From a virus (lineage: Duplodnaviria; Heunggongvirae; Uroviricota; Caudoviricetes): a stretch of DNA of 64,000 nucleotides. Positions 45,811-54,357 of this stretch are shown here, piece after piece. Within the stretch, counting starts at the first letter, position 1; each line of letters starts with the position of its first letter. The stretch lies in the IMG/VR virus record IMGVR_UViG_3300020049_005532, positions 22,466-86,465 of that record; one strand, 5' to 3'. A program made the position numbers and the translations under genes. The notes under the pieces were generated by a model. That model saw nothing but the letters and a program-made list of their open reading frames with translations. It was not told the origin of the DNA and did not search any database.

Positions 45811-46350
45811 TTAATTATTTTCCTTTTTTGATAAGTTTATTTTATAAAGTTGCAAAAATCCTTTTTTATTTGCTAATTTTTGATTTTTAAAGAGTCGGTT
45901 AGAATGGGTTTCGCTAATTTTAAAAAAATCATTAAAATATTTAATACTTAAAAAACACGCATCCATTTGAGATGTTTTAACAAAAACTTTTTTATTTTTT
46001 GCAATTCCGGCTTGCTTTGTTGAAAATTTTATATTTTTTTCTGTTCTAGCAAGATTGCGATTTACGTTAAAACTTAATATTCTTAAATTTTCGATTTTAT
46101 AATCACCAAACGGATCTATTCTATCTATAGAAGGAGTATCACCGTTCATATAAAAATCCAGAATAATTTGTTTTTGACTATCGCAGAATTTATAATATTC
46201 GTCTTTTGTCATCAACAATTTAATGCCTTTTTTTGCATAAGATTTATTGTTTTTTGTTAACTTACCAGTATTTGAACATCTCTTAAGAAGATTTCCCCAA
46301 GTGCTGCATTTAAAATATTCAATTGTTCCTCTAATTCTTGCGGCACCCAT
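45811..46350 (-). CDS. HNH (HNH_3-type) homing endonuclease.
   Basis: SIDRIDPFGDYKIENLRILSFNVNRN. Confidence 0.5.
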   Translation of the reverse strand: MGAARIRGTIEYFKCSTWGNLLKRCSNTGKLTKNNKSYAKKGIKLLMTKDEYYKFCDSQKQIILDFYMNGDTPSIDRIDPFGDYKIENLRILSFNVNRNLARTEKNIKFSTKQAGIAKNKKVFVKTSQMDACFLSIKYFNDFFKISETHSNRLFKNQKLANKKGFLQLYKINLSKKENN

Positions 46351-46359
46351 AATTCGTCC

Positions 46360-47436
46360 TTACTGAACCAAAATAAGATTATTTGCAATTGTTCCGTTTC
46401 CGCTAATCGAAAACGAACAGCTACCAGCGTCGGTCACAGCATATCCACCATCTGTCAGGATGTCAAGTGCAATCTTAACAGAAGTGACTACTGTTACATT
46501 ACCAGTTGAGTTACTTGGAACTGTGACGACTGTGCCTGGAATCTTTGTTGATTTAAACGGTCCAGAGTTAGGAGTACACTGTCCACCTGAGTTTGGTAGT
46601 TGAAGGTCGCCTCCGAAGGTCTGACACAAGTCTGGTGTAGTAAATGTCTGTGAAGACGTGCCAGTAACCACTTTGACGCTCTGTGTCATAACACGGTTCA
46701 TAACAGCATAGAACTTGCCGTTAATCTTCATAATACGCTCAGTAGAGCTTGGGGAGTTACATTTAAAGAGCTTTACACCCTCACGGTCAAGTTGTGCTTG
46801 TGTGGCAGCCTGTTGGGTAGCTAGGTCGTCAATTTGAGCCTGTAATGAGCTATTAACGTTAGCCAGGTCCAATGCTAGTTGTGTCACTTCCGACTGAAGG
46901 CCATCAACGTCTTCTTCAAGGTTATTCACTCGAATAGTCAAAGACGAAATCTTTGAGTTAGCAAGGTTAATTTTGTTATTAAGACTGTTGAGTTGAACTT
47001 GAACTGCCAGGTTCGTTAAAGACTGAAGGAATACCGCAGCACCCAGCGCATGTGAATTAGCGATGTCTCCGGCAATTCGATTAGCAATCTCAGTTTGAAG
47101 GTCTGCACGAAGAGTGTCGTCTCCAGCTACACGAGCAGCTTCTTCTTGAGCCAGCAAGTCTCGGAGTTCATCGTCAGTAGCAATACGAGCGTCCATTTCA
47201 GCTTGTAGCTCATCTGACAGTTGAAGATCGGCTTCTTGACGCGCTTCTGTTTCAAGGGCGAGAAGATTTCGAAGTTCTTCAAGGTGTTGAGTCTGGATTA
47301 AGTCGAGTTGATCATTAAGATCTGCTCGACGCTCAAGCTCTGTCACTCGATCATTGTTATGAAACACGGTTACTCGTTCAGTAGCACCACATCCAACTAC
47401 CAGCAAACTTGCCAAAAGACCAATTACTAATTTCAT
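46360..47436 (-). CDS. Lipoprotein with a long coiled-coil. Start taken at MKLVIGLLASLLVVGCG.
   Basis: Lipobox LLVVGC. Heptad-like LQ.EL.A repeats over about 200 aa. Confidence 0.5.
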   Translation of the reverse strand: MKLVIGLLASLLVVGCGATERVTVFHNNDRVTELERRADLNDQLDLIQTQHLEELRNLLALETEARQEADLQLSDELQAEMDARIATDDELRDLLAQEEAARVAGDDTLRADLQTEIANRIAGDIANSHALGAAVFLQSLTNLAVQVQLNSLNNKINLANSKISSLTIRVNNLEEDVDGLQSEVTQLALDLANVNSSLQAQIDDLATQQAATQAQLDREGVKLFKCNSPSSTERIMKINGKFYAVMNRVMTQSVKVVTGTSSQTFTTPDLCQTFGGDLQLPNSGGQCTPNSGPFKSTKIPGTVVTVPSNSTGNVTVVTSVKIALDILTDGGYAVTDAGSCSFSISGNGTIANNLILVQ

Positions 47437-47485
47437 TAACCCTCCTATTAGGTATAAACTTATATTATCACATTTTTTACAAAAG

Positions 47486-48367
47486 TCAAGACATATCTTT
47501 TGGATCTCTAAATCCATGCCAAATTGGTATTCTGGGCTTATCTAGACTGCCGTGTTTCTGATACCGATAGTGGACATTTCTCCCAATATACTTACCCATA
47601 TTATCCCATATTTCTTTTCTGAGTTCGTCAGTGAGACCTTTACCTGTTCCTAGGTTGAATACGTTACCGGCGTCGTCTCGACAAATAAAAGCTCCCAGTG
47701 TGTCCATAGGAACCATGTTATCTTTATGAGTTGACCTTTCTGTTCGACCAAATGCGTCTAAAGTTGGTGCGTTGGTATTATGCATTCTTTCTTCAAATCC
47801 AATCACTGTCGCTTCCCCGTCAACAAACGGTTTGATGGCAGTCAAGTATCCTTCTTTTAGAGTCGCCCTTCCGCATTTATATGGAGAACTTGGACTTCTA
47901 ATCATCGTCCCTTCGTGTCCCTGCTCTAAGTGTCTATCCATAATTTTATTTAATTGTTCTAGATTATTAGCAGTTTCGGCATACAAGGGTTTAGCAATTT
48001 TTATGATATCTGAATGACTGAAATCTTCAGCCAAGTGAATCTGTCTTTCGGCATAAGTTAAATTTATATCTCGAACACTATCAAATACTAGGTATTGAAA
48101 TTCTGGTTCTCCGTCTTCGGACATAACCATAGACTGAACGTCTTGAAATGTTTTACCGCAAACAATCTCTCCATCAAATCCATCTGGACAAACTGCTTCA
48201 ATTGAAGTTCTGATATGATTATTCGGAATAGGTTTAAACGAGCGGGTTAAAGCTTGACCTTTTACAACCAAGCATCTAATACCATCAATCTTAGGCGTTG
48301 CCATAACTGGAAAAATAATTTTATCCATAATGACATTTTTCGCGGCTAACATTGGTTTAGTTATCAT
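47486..48367 (-). CDS. ATP-dependent DNA ligase.
   Basis: Motif I TPKIDGIR. Motif III GFDGEIV. Motif IV EGTMIRS. Confidence 0.85.
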   Translation of the reverse strand: MITKPMLAAKNVIMDKIIFPVMATPKIDGIRCLVVKGQALTRSFKPIPNNHIRTSIEAVCPDGFDGEIVCGKTFQDVQSMVMSEDGEPEFQYLVFDSVRDINLTYAERQIHLAEDFSHSDIIKIAKPLYAETANNLEQLNKIMDRHLEQGHEGTMIRSPSSPYKCGRATLKEGYLTAIKPFVDGEATVIGFEERMHNTNAPTLDAFGRTERSTHKDNMVPMDTLGAFICRDDAGNVFNLGTGKGLTDELRKEIWDNMGKYIGRNVHYRYQKHGSLDKPRIPIWHGFRDPKDMS

Positions 48368-48760
48368 TTATTTCCTAATCTCATACGATTGCACTACGGC
48401 TGCACGAGTGATATTACAAGCAGGATAAGTAATTCCTGTTGCACATTTAAAATATCCCCGAGAATAAGATTCTTCCAATAGTTCGCCTGCTCGTTGTTCG
48501 CTAGTGAATATCTGCGTTCTTGGCTTCAAATCTATATTCAACCAAGAATCAACTTTTGTCTTTAAATCTTTAGTGCGCTGAATACTTCCATTTACATGAA
48601 ATTCAACACAAAAGGCAGGTTTTTTACTTTCTACTTCCAGCAATTCTTTTACGGTTAAATCCAAGTCGGCACGAATTTTATCTTCATGTTTTTGAGCTAG
48701 GCGAATACCAAGAAAGAAAACTCCGATAAGTAATAATACACCTATAATAGCAACAATCAT
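48368..48760 (-). CDS. Membrane-anchored hypothetical protein (130 aa).
   Basis: N-terminal TM helix MIVAIIGVLLLIGVFFLGI. Confidence 0.4.
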   Translation of the reverse strand: MIVAIIGVLLLIGVFFLGIRLAQKHEDKIRADLDLTVKELLEVESKKPAFCVEFHVNGSIQRTKDLKTKVDSWLNIDLKPRTQIFTSEQRAGELLEESYSRGYFKCATGITYPACNITRAAVVQSYEIRK

Positions 48761-48810
48761 TTTTTACCTCCAGTTGGAAGTATAAATTAGTTTATAGGAA
48801 AAGTCAATAG

Positions 48811-48836
48811 GAAAAGCCGGATTTCTCCGGCTTTAA
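48811..48836. terminator. Hairpin GCCGGA-TTTC-TCCGGC flanked by A/T runs, a possible bidirectional rho-independent terminator.
   Basis: Seen in sequence at 48816-48831. Confidence 0.45.
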
Positions 48837-48850
48837 TAATTACTTAACTT

Positions 48851-49147
48851 TCACCAGTTCTGTTTGAAGATAGTGAATAGCTTTGTATATGGGGAATAAC
48901 TTTCGCGTTTATTTCTCAACTTTATATAATGACAAAATCCAAGTTCAATATATACTACTTCCTGTTTATCAATAAAAACAAGCTGTCTAGTCTTTACTTT
49001 TTTGAAAAACAAAAGTTTAAATACGTCTATTAAATTTACAGTTGATACTTTTGGTTTTAAAAATCCAATACGCTGTATTTTTACTTGCAGCTTAAAATGA
49101 AATCTATAACCAAATATATAACCTGGTACTTTTATTTTAAATGCCAC
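48851..49147 (-). CDS. Hypothetical protein (98 aa).
   Basis: ORF track. Confidence 0.3.
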   Translation of the reverse strand: MAFKIKVPGYIFGYRFHFKLQVKIQRIGFLKPKVSTVNLIDVFKLLFFKKVKTRQLVFIDKQEVVYIELGFCHYIKLRNKRESYSPYTKLFTIFKQNW

Positions 49148-50759
49148 AAACTCCTCCCAAGCACTCTAGCTCTTTTTCTTCAAAAACTTTACCTTCTTGA
49201 GCTAAAGCTTCTTCTAGCGACACCCGTGTTAATGGCTGTCCGCCGCGACACCCGTCAGGATAGACGGTAAATCCGCGAAGACGTTTCCCGTAATTTAAAA
49301 GAATATCAGCTTTTTGTTTTACGTTAGTGTCGTTGTTTTCTTCAGATCCCCAGCTTGGCATATTGCATGTTGAACTAATTGCCATATCTACATAGTTCTG
49401 AACATCAGCTTGGAACTTAACTCGCTGTCTAAATGACAAGTCATAGCTGTCCTGGATATCTTCAATTTTAACTCCTTGGTCCATAAGACGCTTCACTGCG
49501 CCATCTACAACATATTGAGCGAGCCATTTACCGTCTTTAAAATACCGACGAACATATGCCTTACAAAACAAAGGCTCTAGTCCAGTCGTCGTTTCGGCAA
49601 TAATACCAATTGTTCCAGTTGGTGCGATTGCTCTGACACCTTTTGGCACCGCAACATTTAATTGTTTAGCTCCAACAAATGCCGCAGCATCCGACTCTTG
49701 CTCGTAAACAGATAACCATTTATGTAGCTCCGGAACAGCTTCGTACTTATGTCCACGAGTCATAAGCCATTCGTGCATACCACCAAGACCTAATCCAATT
49801 CGATTATTCTTTGTTCCAATCTCTCTAATCTTTTCACTTGGGACGTCGGAGTAAATGCTTCCGCAAAGTAAGAACAAAGTAGAAAGTTTCACTACATCAG
49901 CAAACTCTTTGCGATCTTTACAACGATTCATCCAGACAGTTCCAAGATTACACTTATCGCTATCATCTTCGCTTACAACTTCCGTGCAGGCGTTTCTCAG
50001 GCTCTCATTATCTTTACGAAAGTTAAATGCCATGCCTGGTTCAGCTGTAGAAAATGCTTGACGACAGTTTTCATACCAAACTTTCTTGGCGTGTTCGTGC
50101 TTAGGATGATTTTCATCTTCAATTGCAATAAAAAATTCTGTGTTATAATTAACCGAGATGTTAGTTAGCTCCATAGGAAGCGGAAAATTAAAATCGTTTT
50201 CTTTTGCTTTTCGCAAAGCTTCGCTATGATCTTTCAATTTAAGAAACTGAAACACATCGCCGTGATCCCATTGCAGACCTGCCCAAATTGCAGACCTTTG
50301 TTGGCCACCTTGCATGATGTATCTTCCTGATTCGTTCACCATATTCATGAGAGCGATAGGTCCCGTTGATGTCCCTCCGGTTCTACCGATAGGGGCACCA
50401 TTGGCTCTTAGTTTTGAATAATCAAAACCAATTCCGCCGCCAGTCATTAGTGCAGCAGTTGCCTTGTGAACAGCGTCTGCCCAACCTTCGCGACTGTCTT
50501 CCGCTCTAAACAAAAAGCAGTTATTGACTTGATGAAAAGCGCGTCCAGAAGAATATAAATATCTTCCTCCTGGAATAAATTTTCGATCAATCATGTATTG
50601 TTTAATTTTATTTTTTTCTTTGTTACCGAGAAGCTGACCGCAAACGGCATTAACCACTCGATTGCAAGTGTCTGACCAAGTTTCGGTTCCTCCCATTGAA
50701 TACTTTTGAATATAGATATCTTGTGCGAATTTAGACCCAAATACATCGTACTTTGACAT
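49137..50759 (-). CDS. Ribonucleotide reductase catalytic subunit (compact, monomeric-type, 540 aa). No NrdB-like partner in the window.
   Basis: GGGIGFDYSKLRANGAPI. Thiyl-radical loop NACTEV parallels SNLCTEI. PTGTIGIIAETTTGLEP. C-terminal CLGGVCG. Confidence 0.75.
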   Translation of the reverse strand: MSKYDVFGSKFAQDIYIQKYSMGGTETWSDTCNRVVNAVCGQLLGNKEKNKIKQYMIDRKFIPGGRYLYSSGRAFHQVNNCFLFRAEDSREGWADAVHKATAALMTGGGIGFDYSKLRANGAPIGRTGGTSTGPIALMNMVNESGRYIMQGGQQRSAIWAGLQWDHGDVFQFLKLKDHSEALRKAKENDFNFPLPMELTNISVNYNTEFFIAIEDENHPKHEHAKKVWYENCRQAFSTAEPGMAFNFRKDNESLRNACTEVVSEDDSDKCNLGTVWMNRCKDRKEFADVVKLSTLFLLCGSIYSDVPSEKIREIGTKNNRIGLGLGGMHEWLMTRGHKYEAVPELHKWLSVYEQESDAAAFVGAKQLNVAVPKGVRAIAPTGTIGIIAETTTGLEPLFCKAYVRRYFKDGKWLAQYVVDGAVKRLMDQGVKIEDIQDSYDLSFRQRVKFQADVQNYVDMAISSTCNMPSWGSEENNDTNVKQKADILLNYGKRLRGFTVYPDGCRGGQPLTRVSLEEALAQEGKVFEEKELECLGGVCGI

Positions 50760-50766
50760 GTTGCTC

Positions 50767-50931
50767 CTATTTAAATATTATTGTGTGATAATCAAATTTT
50801 TCAGGCTTACCAGAAAGAACTATTGGTTTACCTCTCTCTGGTAAAGAAAACAATATACACGTCTTTTCATCTAAAGTCAAGTAATAAACGTCGGCTTCTA
50901 TTAACAAAGAATGTCTCTTTGATAAAATCAT
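50767..50931 (-). CDS. Small protein S1 (54 aa, MILSKRHSLLIEADVYYLTLDEKTCILF...).
   Basis: Hand translation. RBS overlaps its stop just before the RNR ATG. Confidence 0.4.
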   Translation of the reverse strand: MILSKRHSLLIEADVYYLTLDEKTCILFSLPERGKPIVLSGKPEKFDYHTIIFK

Positions 50932-51091
50932 AAATCAATTTTGCAAATGTAATATTTGTATCTTTTTGTAAATACTATAGATTCTAGTTTTTCTATATCA
51001 AATCTAAGACTGAATGCCGAATAATCTTCATTCTGAGCTAAAATAAAATATCTAGCCGTGGAAGAACCGACAGATGAATAACAATACTCTC

Positions 51092-51241
51092 CTATCGTAA
51101 TTTAATCCTTGTGCTAAGTCTGGTATCTTCATCTGTCCATTCGGCTAATGAGATCTCCCAATTTCCGTAAGATTTATAGTTGATAATTATGAAACCATCA
51201 AAAACCAAGTAATAGGTTCCGGCGTGTTTATAAAGAGTCAC
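51092..51241 (-). CDS. Small protein B (49 aa, GTG start; VTLYKHAGTYYLVFDGFIIINYKSYGNWEISL...).
   Basis: Hand translation. GTGA overlap with the upstream stop. Confidence 0.35.
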   Translation of the reverse strand: MTLYKHAGTYYLVFDGFIIINYKSYGNWEISLAEWTDEDTRLSTRIKLR

Positions 51242-51399
51242 ATTGGCACCATATCTTTGACGTAGTGAACGCCAAAGACCTCTGCGATTTCTCCATTATA
51301 GCAAAATGCAAGCATAAAATCATCCGATAAATAAAAAGCTGTACCAAAATCAATACTAGTACTAACTTTGTATAAAGGATATTTTCCGTTCCGGACCAT
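51238..51399 (-). CDS. Small protein C (53 aa, MVRNGKYPLYKV...CYNGEIAEVFGVHY...).
   Basis: Hand translation. TGATG overlap. YNGE core. Confidence 0.45.
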   Translation of the reverse strand: MVRNGKYPLYKVSTSIDFGTAFYLSDDFMLAFCYNGEIAEVFGVHYVKDMVPM

Positions 51400-51566
51400 C
51401 AACATTCGGCTGTTAACCCTTCTAATGATTTGACATTAACAAGACTTGCGTCAATTTCTCCGTTATATCGAAAAAAGATAGCAATATTACCACAAATCAG
51501 TGTCGTCCCCCAGTAGTCACTAAGACTATCCTTAGTAAGGAAATGACCATTCCATATTCTAAACAT
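51399..51566 (-). CDS. Small protein D (55 aa, MFRIWNGHF...FFRYNGEIDASLVNV...).
   Basis: Hand translation. TAAATG junction. YNGE core. Confidence 0.45.
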   Translation of the reverse strand: MFRIWNGHFLTKDSLSDYWGTTLICGNIAIFFRYNGEIDASLVNVKSLEGLTAEC

Positions 51567-51743
51567 TTAAAACTCTCCAGGTTCAAACATGTCTGCATTA
51601 TCAGATTTATGAAATGTTGTTAAATGAAAGATAGCTCCATCGTAATGAAAAGTTATGCCACTCTCTTCATACTCTGAAACAAAAATAACATATCTATAGC
51701 CCAGGCGCATTAGTTGACTATAATTTTTCCACTGATAAATCAT
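51567..51743 (-). CDS. Small protein E (58 aa, MIYQWKNYSQLMRLGYRYVIFVSEYEESGITFHYDGAIFHL...).
   Basis: Hand translation. ATGA-coupled. Confidence 0.45.
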   Translation of the reverse strand: MIYQWKNYSQLMRLGYRYVIFVSEYEESGITFHYDGAIFHLTTFHKSDNADMFEPGEF

Positions 51744-51931
51744 TTAAAAGTTGCTCTCCTAAAGACCATTCTATTAGTTCCAAGTAGATCATTAGCGTCC
51801 TTATAGGGAACTAATCCTATATAACCATCACTAAAAAAACATAAAAGTGATATATCCCAATCATTTAAAGATAAAGGAATTAGGTACCTAGTTTCTTGAC
51901 GAAGATGATTATCAACAAATTCAATAAACAT
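51740..51931 (-). CDS. Small protein F (63 aa from the internal Met MFIEFVDNH...; the track ORF extends to 51967).
   Basis: ORF track plus internal ATG. Confidence 0.4.
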   Translation of the reverse strand: MFIEFVDNHLRQETRYLIPLSLNDWDISLLCFFSDGYIGLVPYKDANDLLGTNRMVFRRATFK

Positions 51932-52106
51932 TAGTAAAATCCTCGGTCCAAAGGTCGTCAGTCCCATCGTCTTCTTTGTATAAACGAAAATCTATATTCC
52001 CACCGTAAGTAAATCTAACATGACAAGAATCTAACTCTAAAATAATCGGGTAATTCCAACTATCTTCGGTTCTAATTAGTGAAAAACCAACCCATCTCTT
52101 TATCAT
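51921..52106 (-). CDS. Small protein G (61 aa, MIKRWVGFSLIRTEDSWNYPIILELDSCHVRFTYGGNIDFRL...).
   Basis: ORF track. Confidence 0.45.
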   Translation of the reverse strand: MIKRWVGFSLIRTEDSWNYPIILELDSCHVRFTYGGNIDFRLYKEDDGTDDLWTEDFTNVY

Positions 52107-52264
52107 GTCACCAAACCTCCATAAAAGGAAAAGCCGACGATTCTACCAACAGCGGGACTGTCTCCATGTCTCGTATCAAAGACGATGAACCTGTCGTCAG
52201 TAATAAAAAACGCATACAGCCCATTGCGCAACGGACTTGAATATAACAAAGAGATTCTTTCCAT
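52103..52264 (-). CDS. Small protein H (53 aa, MERISLLYSSPLRNGLYAFFITDDRFIVFDTRHGDSP...).
   Basis: Hand translation. RBS GAGGTAG. ATGA-coupled to G. Confidence 0.45.
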   Translation of the reverse strand: MERISLLYSSPLRNGLYAFFITDDRFIVFDTRHGDSPAVGRIVGFSFYGGLVT

Positions 52265-52307
52265 ACACAAACACTACCTCACTTCTTCGAAAAAGTCAAT
52301 AAAATAC

Positions 52308-52335
52308 TTGACAATTCATCAAAAAGGTATATACT
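52308..52335 (+). promoter_or_regulatory. Near-consensus sigma70 promoter TTGACA-N16-TATACT on the + strand, inside an otherwise - strand region.
   Basis: TTGACA at 52308-52313 and TATACT at 52330-52335. Confidence 0.5.
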
Positions 52336-52339
52336 GGAC

Positions 52340-52751
52340 AAGTCGATGCGATTCTAACAGACGTTAAACTAGGAGATACCACAGAACCAATACTGTGCAT
52401 GGAACGATCTAAGTCAAGGGCAGCAAAGCAAGTTAAGCTGGACTGGTATTTACAGAACAAACCGCCAACTAGTCAACCTGATCGTTTCATTGGACATACA
52501 CTAAAAGAGTGCGCTACACAAGGATAAGTGCCCGACGAGAACATAGGGACATCGGACTTTGTAAATAGACCGAATACTACTTATTTAATGAACCTGAAAC
52601 GGTTAATGATTCTTGGTAGTGACAGTTAAGCTAGTGGTAGATAAAGCCTGATGCTATTGCTTATCGAATACAGGTAAGTAAGGTAAGGGCGGTCTATTGT
52701 CTTGAGTGCACTCTGACCTCGGATAAATGAAAACCCCAGATTCCTCTAGGG
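52340..52751 (+). ncRNA. Candidate non-coding transcript: about 410 nt with no convincing ORF on either strand, downstream of the + strand promoter.
   Basis: Absence of ORFs in a genome that is otherwise ATGA-coupled. Contains the palindrome GAGTGCACTC and a direct repeat CTCTAGGG x2. No tRNA-like motif was recognised. Confidence 0.3.
52399..52527 (+). CDS. Possible 42-aa ORF (MERSKSRAAKQVKLDWYLQNKPPTSQPDRFIGHTLKECATQG) downstream of the + promoter. Weak support.
   Basis: The AGGAGA upstream is about 22 nt from the ATG, so there is no well-spaced RBS. Reported only as a candidate. Confidence 0.15.
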   Translation: MERSKSRAAKQVKLDWYLQNKPPTSQPDRFIGHTLKECATQG

Positions 52752-52913
52752 TTACATCTTTCTGAATTTGTCTTCTGACTCTAGGGATGTGATGTGGTGG
52801 GTGCTTCCTATGTAGTTGCAGGTGCCGTCAGTTTTAAACACAACACCGCTGTATGGTGAGAGTGGTATCACTAAGACCCATATGTAGTGGTCGTTTGGTC
52901 TTATGAGAATCAT
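52752..52913 (-). CDS. Small protein I (53 aa, MILIRPNDHYIWVLVIPLSPYSGVVFKTDGTCNYIGSTHH...).
   Basis: Hand translation. ATGA-coupled to J. Confidence 0.45.
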   Translation of the reverse strand: MILIRPNDHYIWVLVIPLSPYSGVVFKTDGTCNYIGSTHHITSLESEDKFRKM

Positions 52914-53068
52914 GACATTTCCTCATAGCCTTGCTCCAAAAGAATGAACACAGGAACTCGATAACTAACGTCAATGCTTCCGTCAACATGAAACTTTATG
53001 ATCGCGCCTCCAAGATCAATAAAGCTATTAATGCGAAACTTATGGTTCTTTAGATTAGTGTAAATCAT
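52910..53068 (-). CDS. Small protein J (52 aa, MIYTNLKNHKFRINSFIDLGGAIIKFHVDGSIDVSYRVPVFILLEQGYEEMS).
   Basis: Hand translation. ATGA-coupled. C-terminal YEEMS. Confidence 0.45.
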   Translation of the reverse strand: MIYTNLKNHKFRINSFIDLGGAIIKFHVDGSIDVSYRVPVFILLEQGYEEMS

Positions 53069-53226
53069 GGCATTTCCTTGTAAGTTAAGAGACAGGGACC
53101 TCTTTCTCCGTTATAGCCCAACTCGACACCGTATTTACAGAAACCTATGGTGACAGTTTGTAATCTAATAAAAAGAATATAGGAGTGACCTATGTTAATA
53201 TTAGAACTTCTTCTAATATACATCAT
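53065..53226 (-). CDS. Small protein K (53 aa, MMYIRRSSNINIGHSYILFIRLQTVTIGFCKYGVELGYNGERGPCLLTYKEMP).
   Basis: Hand translation. YNGE core. C-terminal KEMP. Confidence 0.45.
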   Translation of the reverse strand: MMYIRRSSNINIGHSYILFIRLQTVTIGFCKYGVELGYNGERGPCLLTYKEMP

Positions 53227-53396
53227 GGCATTTCCTCGTAAACACTGACAGCACGATCAAAAAGTTCAGTTGGCATACCCCAAAGACAGTTTATATCACC
53301 ATCGCTTCTAAACATGATCATAACTCCATCCAATACCAACACTGTATGATTATATGATACATAATCAGGGTCATTGTTCTTATAAATTTTAAACAT
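53223..53396 (-). CDS. Small protein L (57 aa, MFKIYKNNDPDYVSYNHTVLVLDGVMIMFRSDGDINCLWGMPTELFDRAVSVYEEMP).
   Basis: Hand translation. TAATG overlap with the 267-aa gene. C-terminal YEEMP. Confidence 0.45.
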   Translation of the reverse strand: MFKIYKNNDPDYVSYNHTVLVLDGVMIMFRSDGDINCLWGMPTELFDRAVSVYEEMP

Positions 53397-54199
53397 TAAA
53401 ACCTATCCTTGACTTTAAGTTCATCAAACAACTGACCTATTGGTGGCGCTCCTTCAGCCGATCTATGCTTCCATTTAATTGCGCTCCAGAAGTCCTTAAT
53501 GCCTTTAGAACGAAGCGACACTGTCTTAGTCTCATCTGTATAGCCAGCTGTAGGACGGCGCTTGTAGAGCCATCTAGAGACCATCGCAACAGGAGTATCA
53601 AGTGAGTCGTAAGCCTGGATCATACCGAGAACAAAGTTATCGTCATCGCTATGGTCTGGATTGTAATAACCAACAATATTTGTTATTACTGCATTGCCCA
53701 GCATAAATAGATCGGTAACTGTCAGCAGTGGCCTAAAGAAATTCCATCCCCAATGCTTAGAGATCATGGCGTATGAGCGTATATACTGTCCCCAGTGCTC
53801 TGGACTGGCAAAGTCTACCTGATACCAAGGCTTAGGCACTGGATTGTCGCCTGGCCAAATGTGGTAACTATTTTGATAGAAGCCTAATCTTTTAACCTGT
53901 TCTTTAAGCTGACGGGTTAATAGATCTTTACGTCCAGCATAGCCTGTCCAAATAACCATAGACATAATCTGATCACGGCTAGTTGATTTAGGGTCTGATA
54001 TCCAAGAATCGGTATAAGGATATCTAACCCAGATGCCAGGACTAATCTCGGCAGCTTCTGGATTTAACTTAAACTTAACTTGACTATGGCGTCGCTGGAT
54101 AACATCAACAAGGGTTGTCTTCTGAAGGGCATCCCCGCCATCGCCATTTCCCATACAAACAAATCCATTAAAAATAAAGTCAATCATAGTTGTCTCCAA
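53396..54199 (-). CDS. Hypothetical protein (267 aa), W/Y-rich.
   Basis: ORF track. Confidence 0.45.
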   Translation of the reverse strand: METTMIDFIFNGFVCMGNGDGGDALQKTTLVDVIQRRHSQVKFKLNPEAAEISPGIWVRYPYTDSWISDPKSTSRDQIMSMVIWTGYAGRKDLLTRQLKEQVKRLGFYQNSYHIWPGDNPVPKPWYQVDFASPEHWGQYIRSYAMISKHWGWNFFRPLLTVTDLFMLGNAVITNIVGYYNPDHSDDDNFVLGMIQAYDSLDTPVAMVSRWLYKRRPTAGYTDETKTVSLRSKGIKDFWSAIKWKHRSAEGAPPIGQLFDELKVKDRF

Positions 54200-54357
54200 G
54201 GACTAAAGTCCATTCCTTCACAACATTCCTCAGTGCTAATTTTTCCAGTACCATGAAAATCAATCGTAACATCTTTAGATATAAAGATAAAATATCTCGG
54301 ACTGTTTGTGAAAAAAGGGCTGTATCGACTAAAATCGGTCCAAATAGTGCCAATCAT
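54184..54357 (-). CDS. Small protein M (57 aa, MIGTIWTDFSRYSPFFTNSPRYFIFISKDVTIDFHGTGK...).
   Basis: Internal Met of the track ORF. ATGA-coupled to N. Confidence 0.45.
   Translation of the reverse strand: MIGTIWTDFSRYSPFFTNSPRYFIFISKDVTIDFHGTGKISTEECCEGMDFSPWRQL

Noticed and set aside
52340-52751. Possibility that the ORF-free island is a group I intron or a tRNA/tmRNA gene.
   Set aside because: It does not interrupt any recognisable gene. I could not find P/Q/R/S-like group I elements. I found no GTTCGAATC-type T-loop or acceptor-stem pairing. It remains possible but is unsupported without a covariance-model scan.
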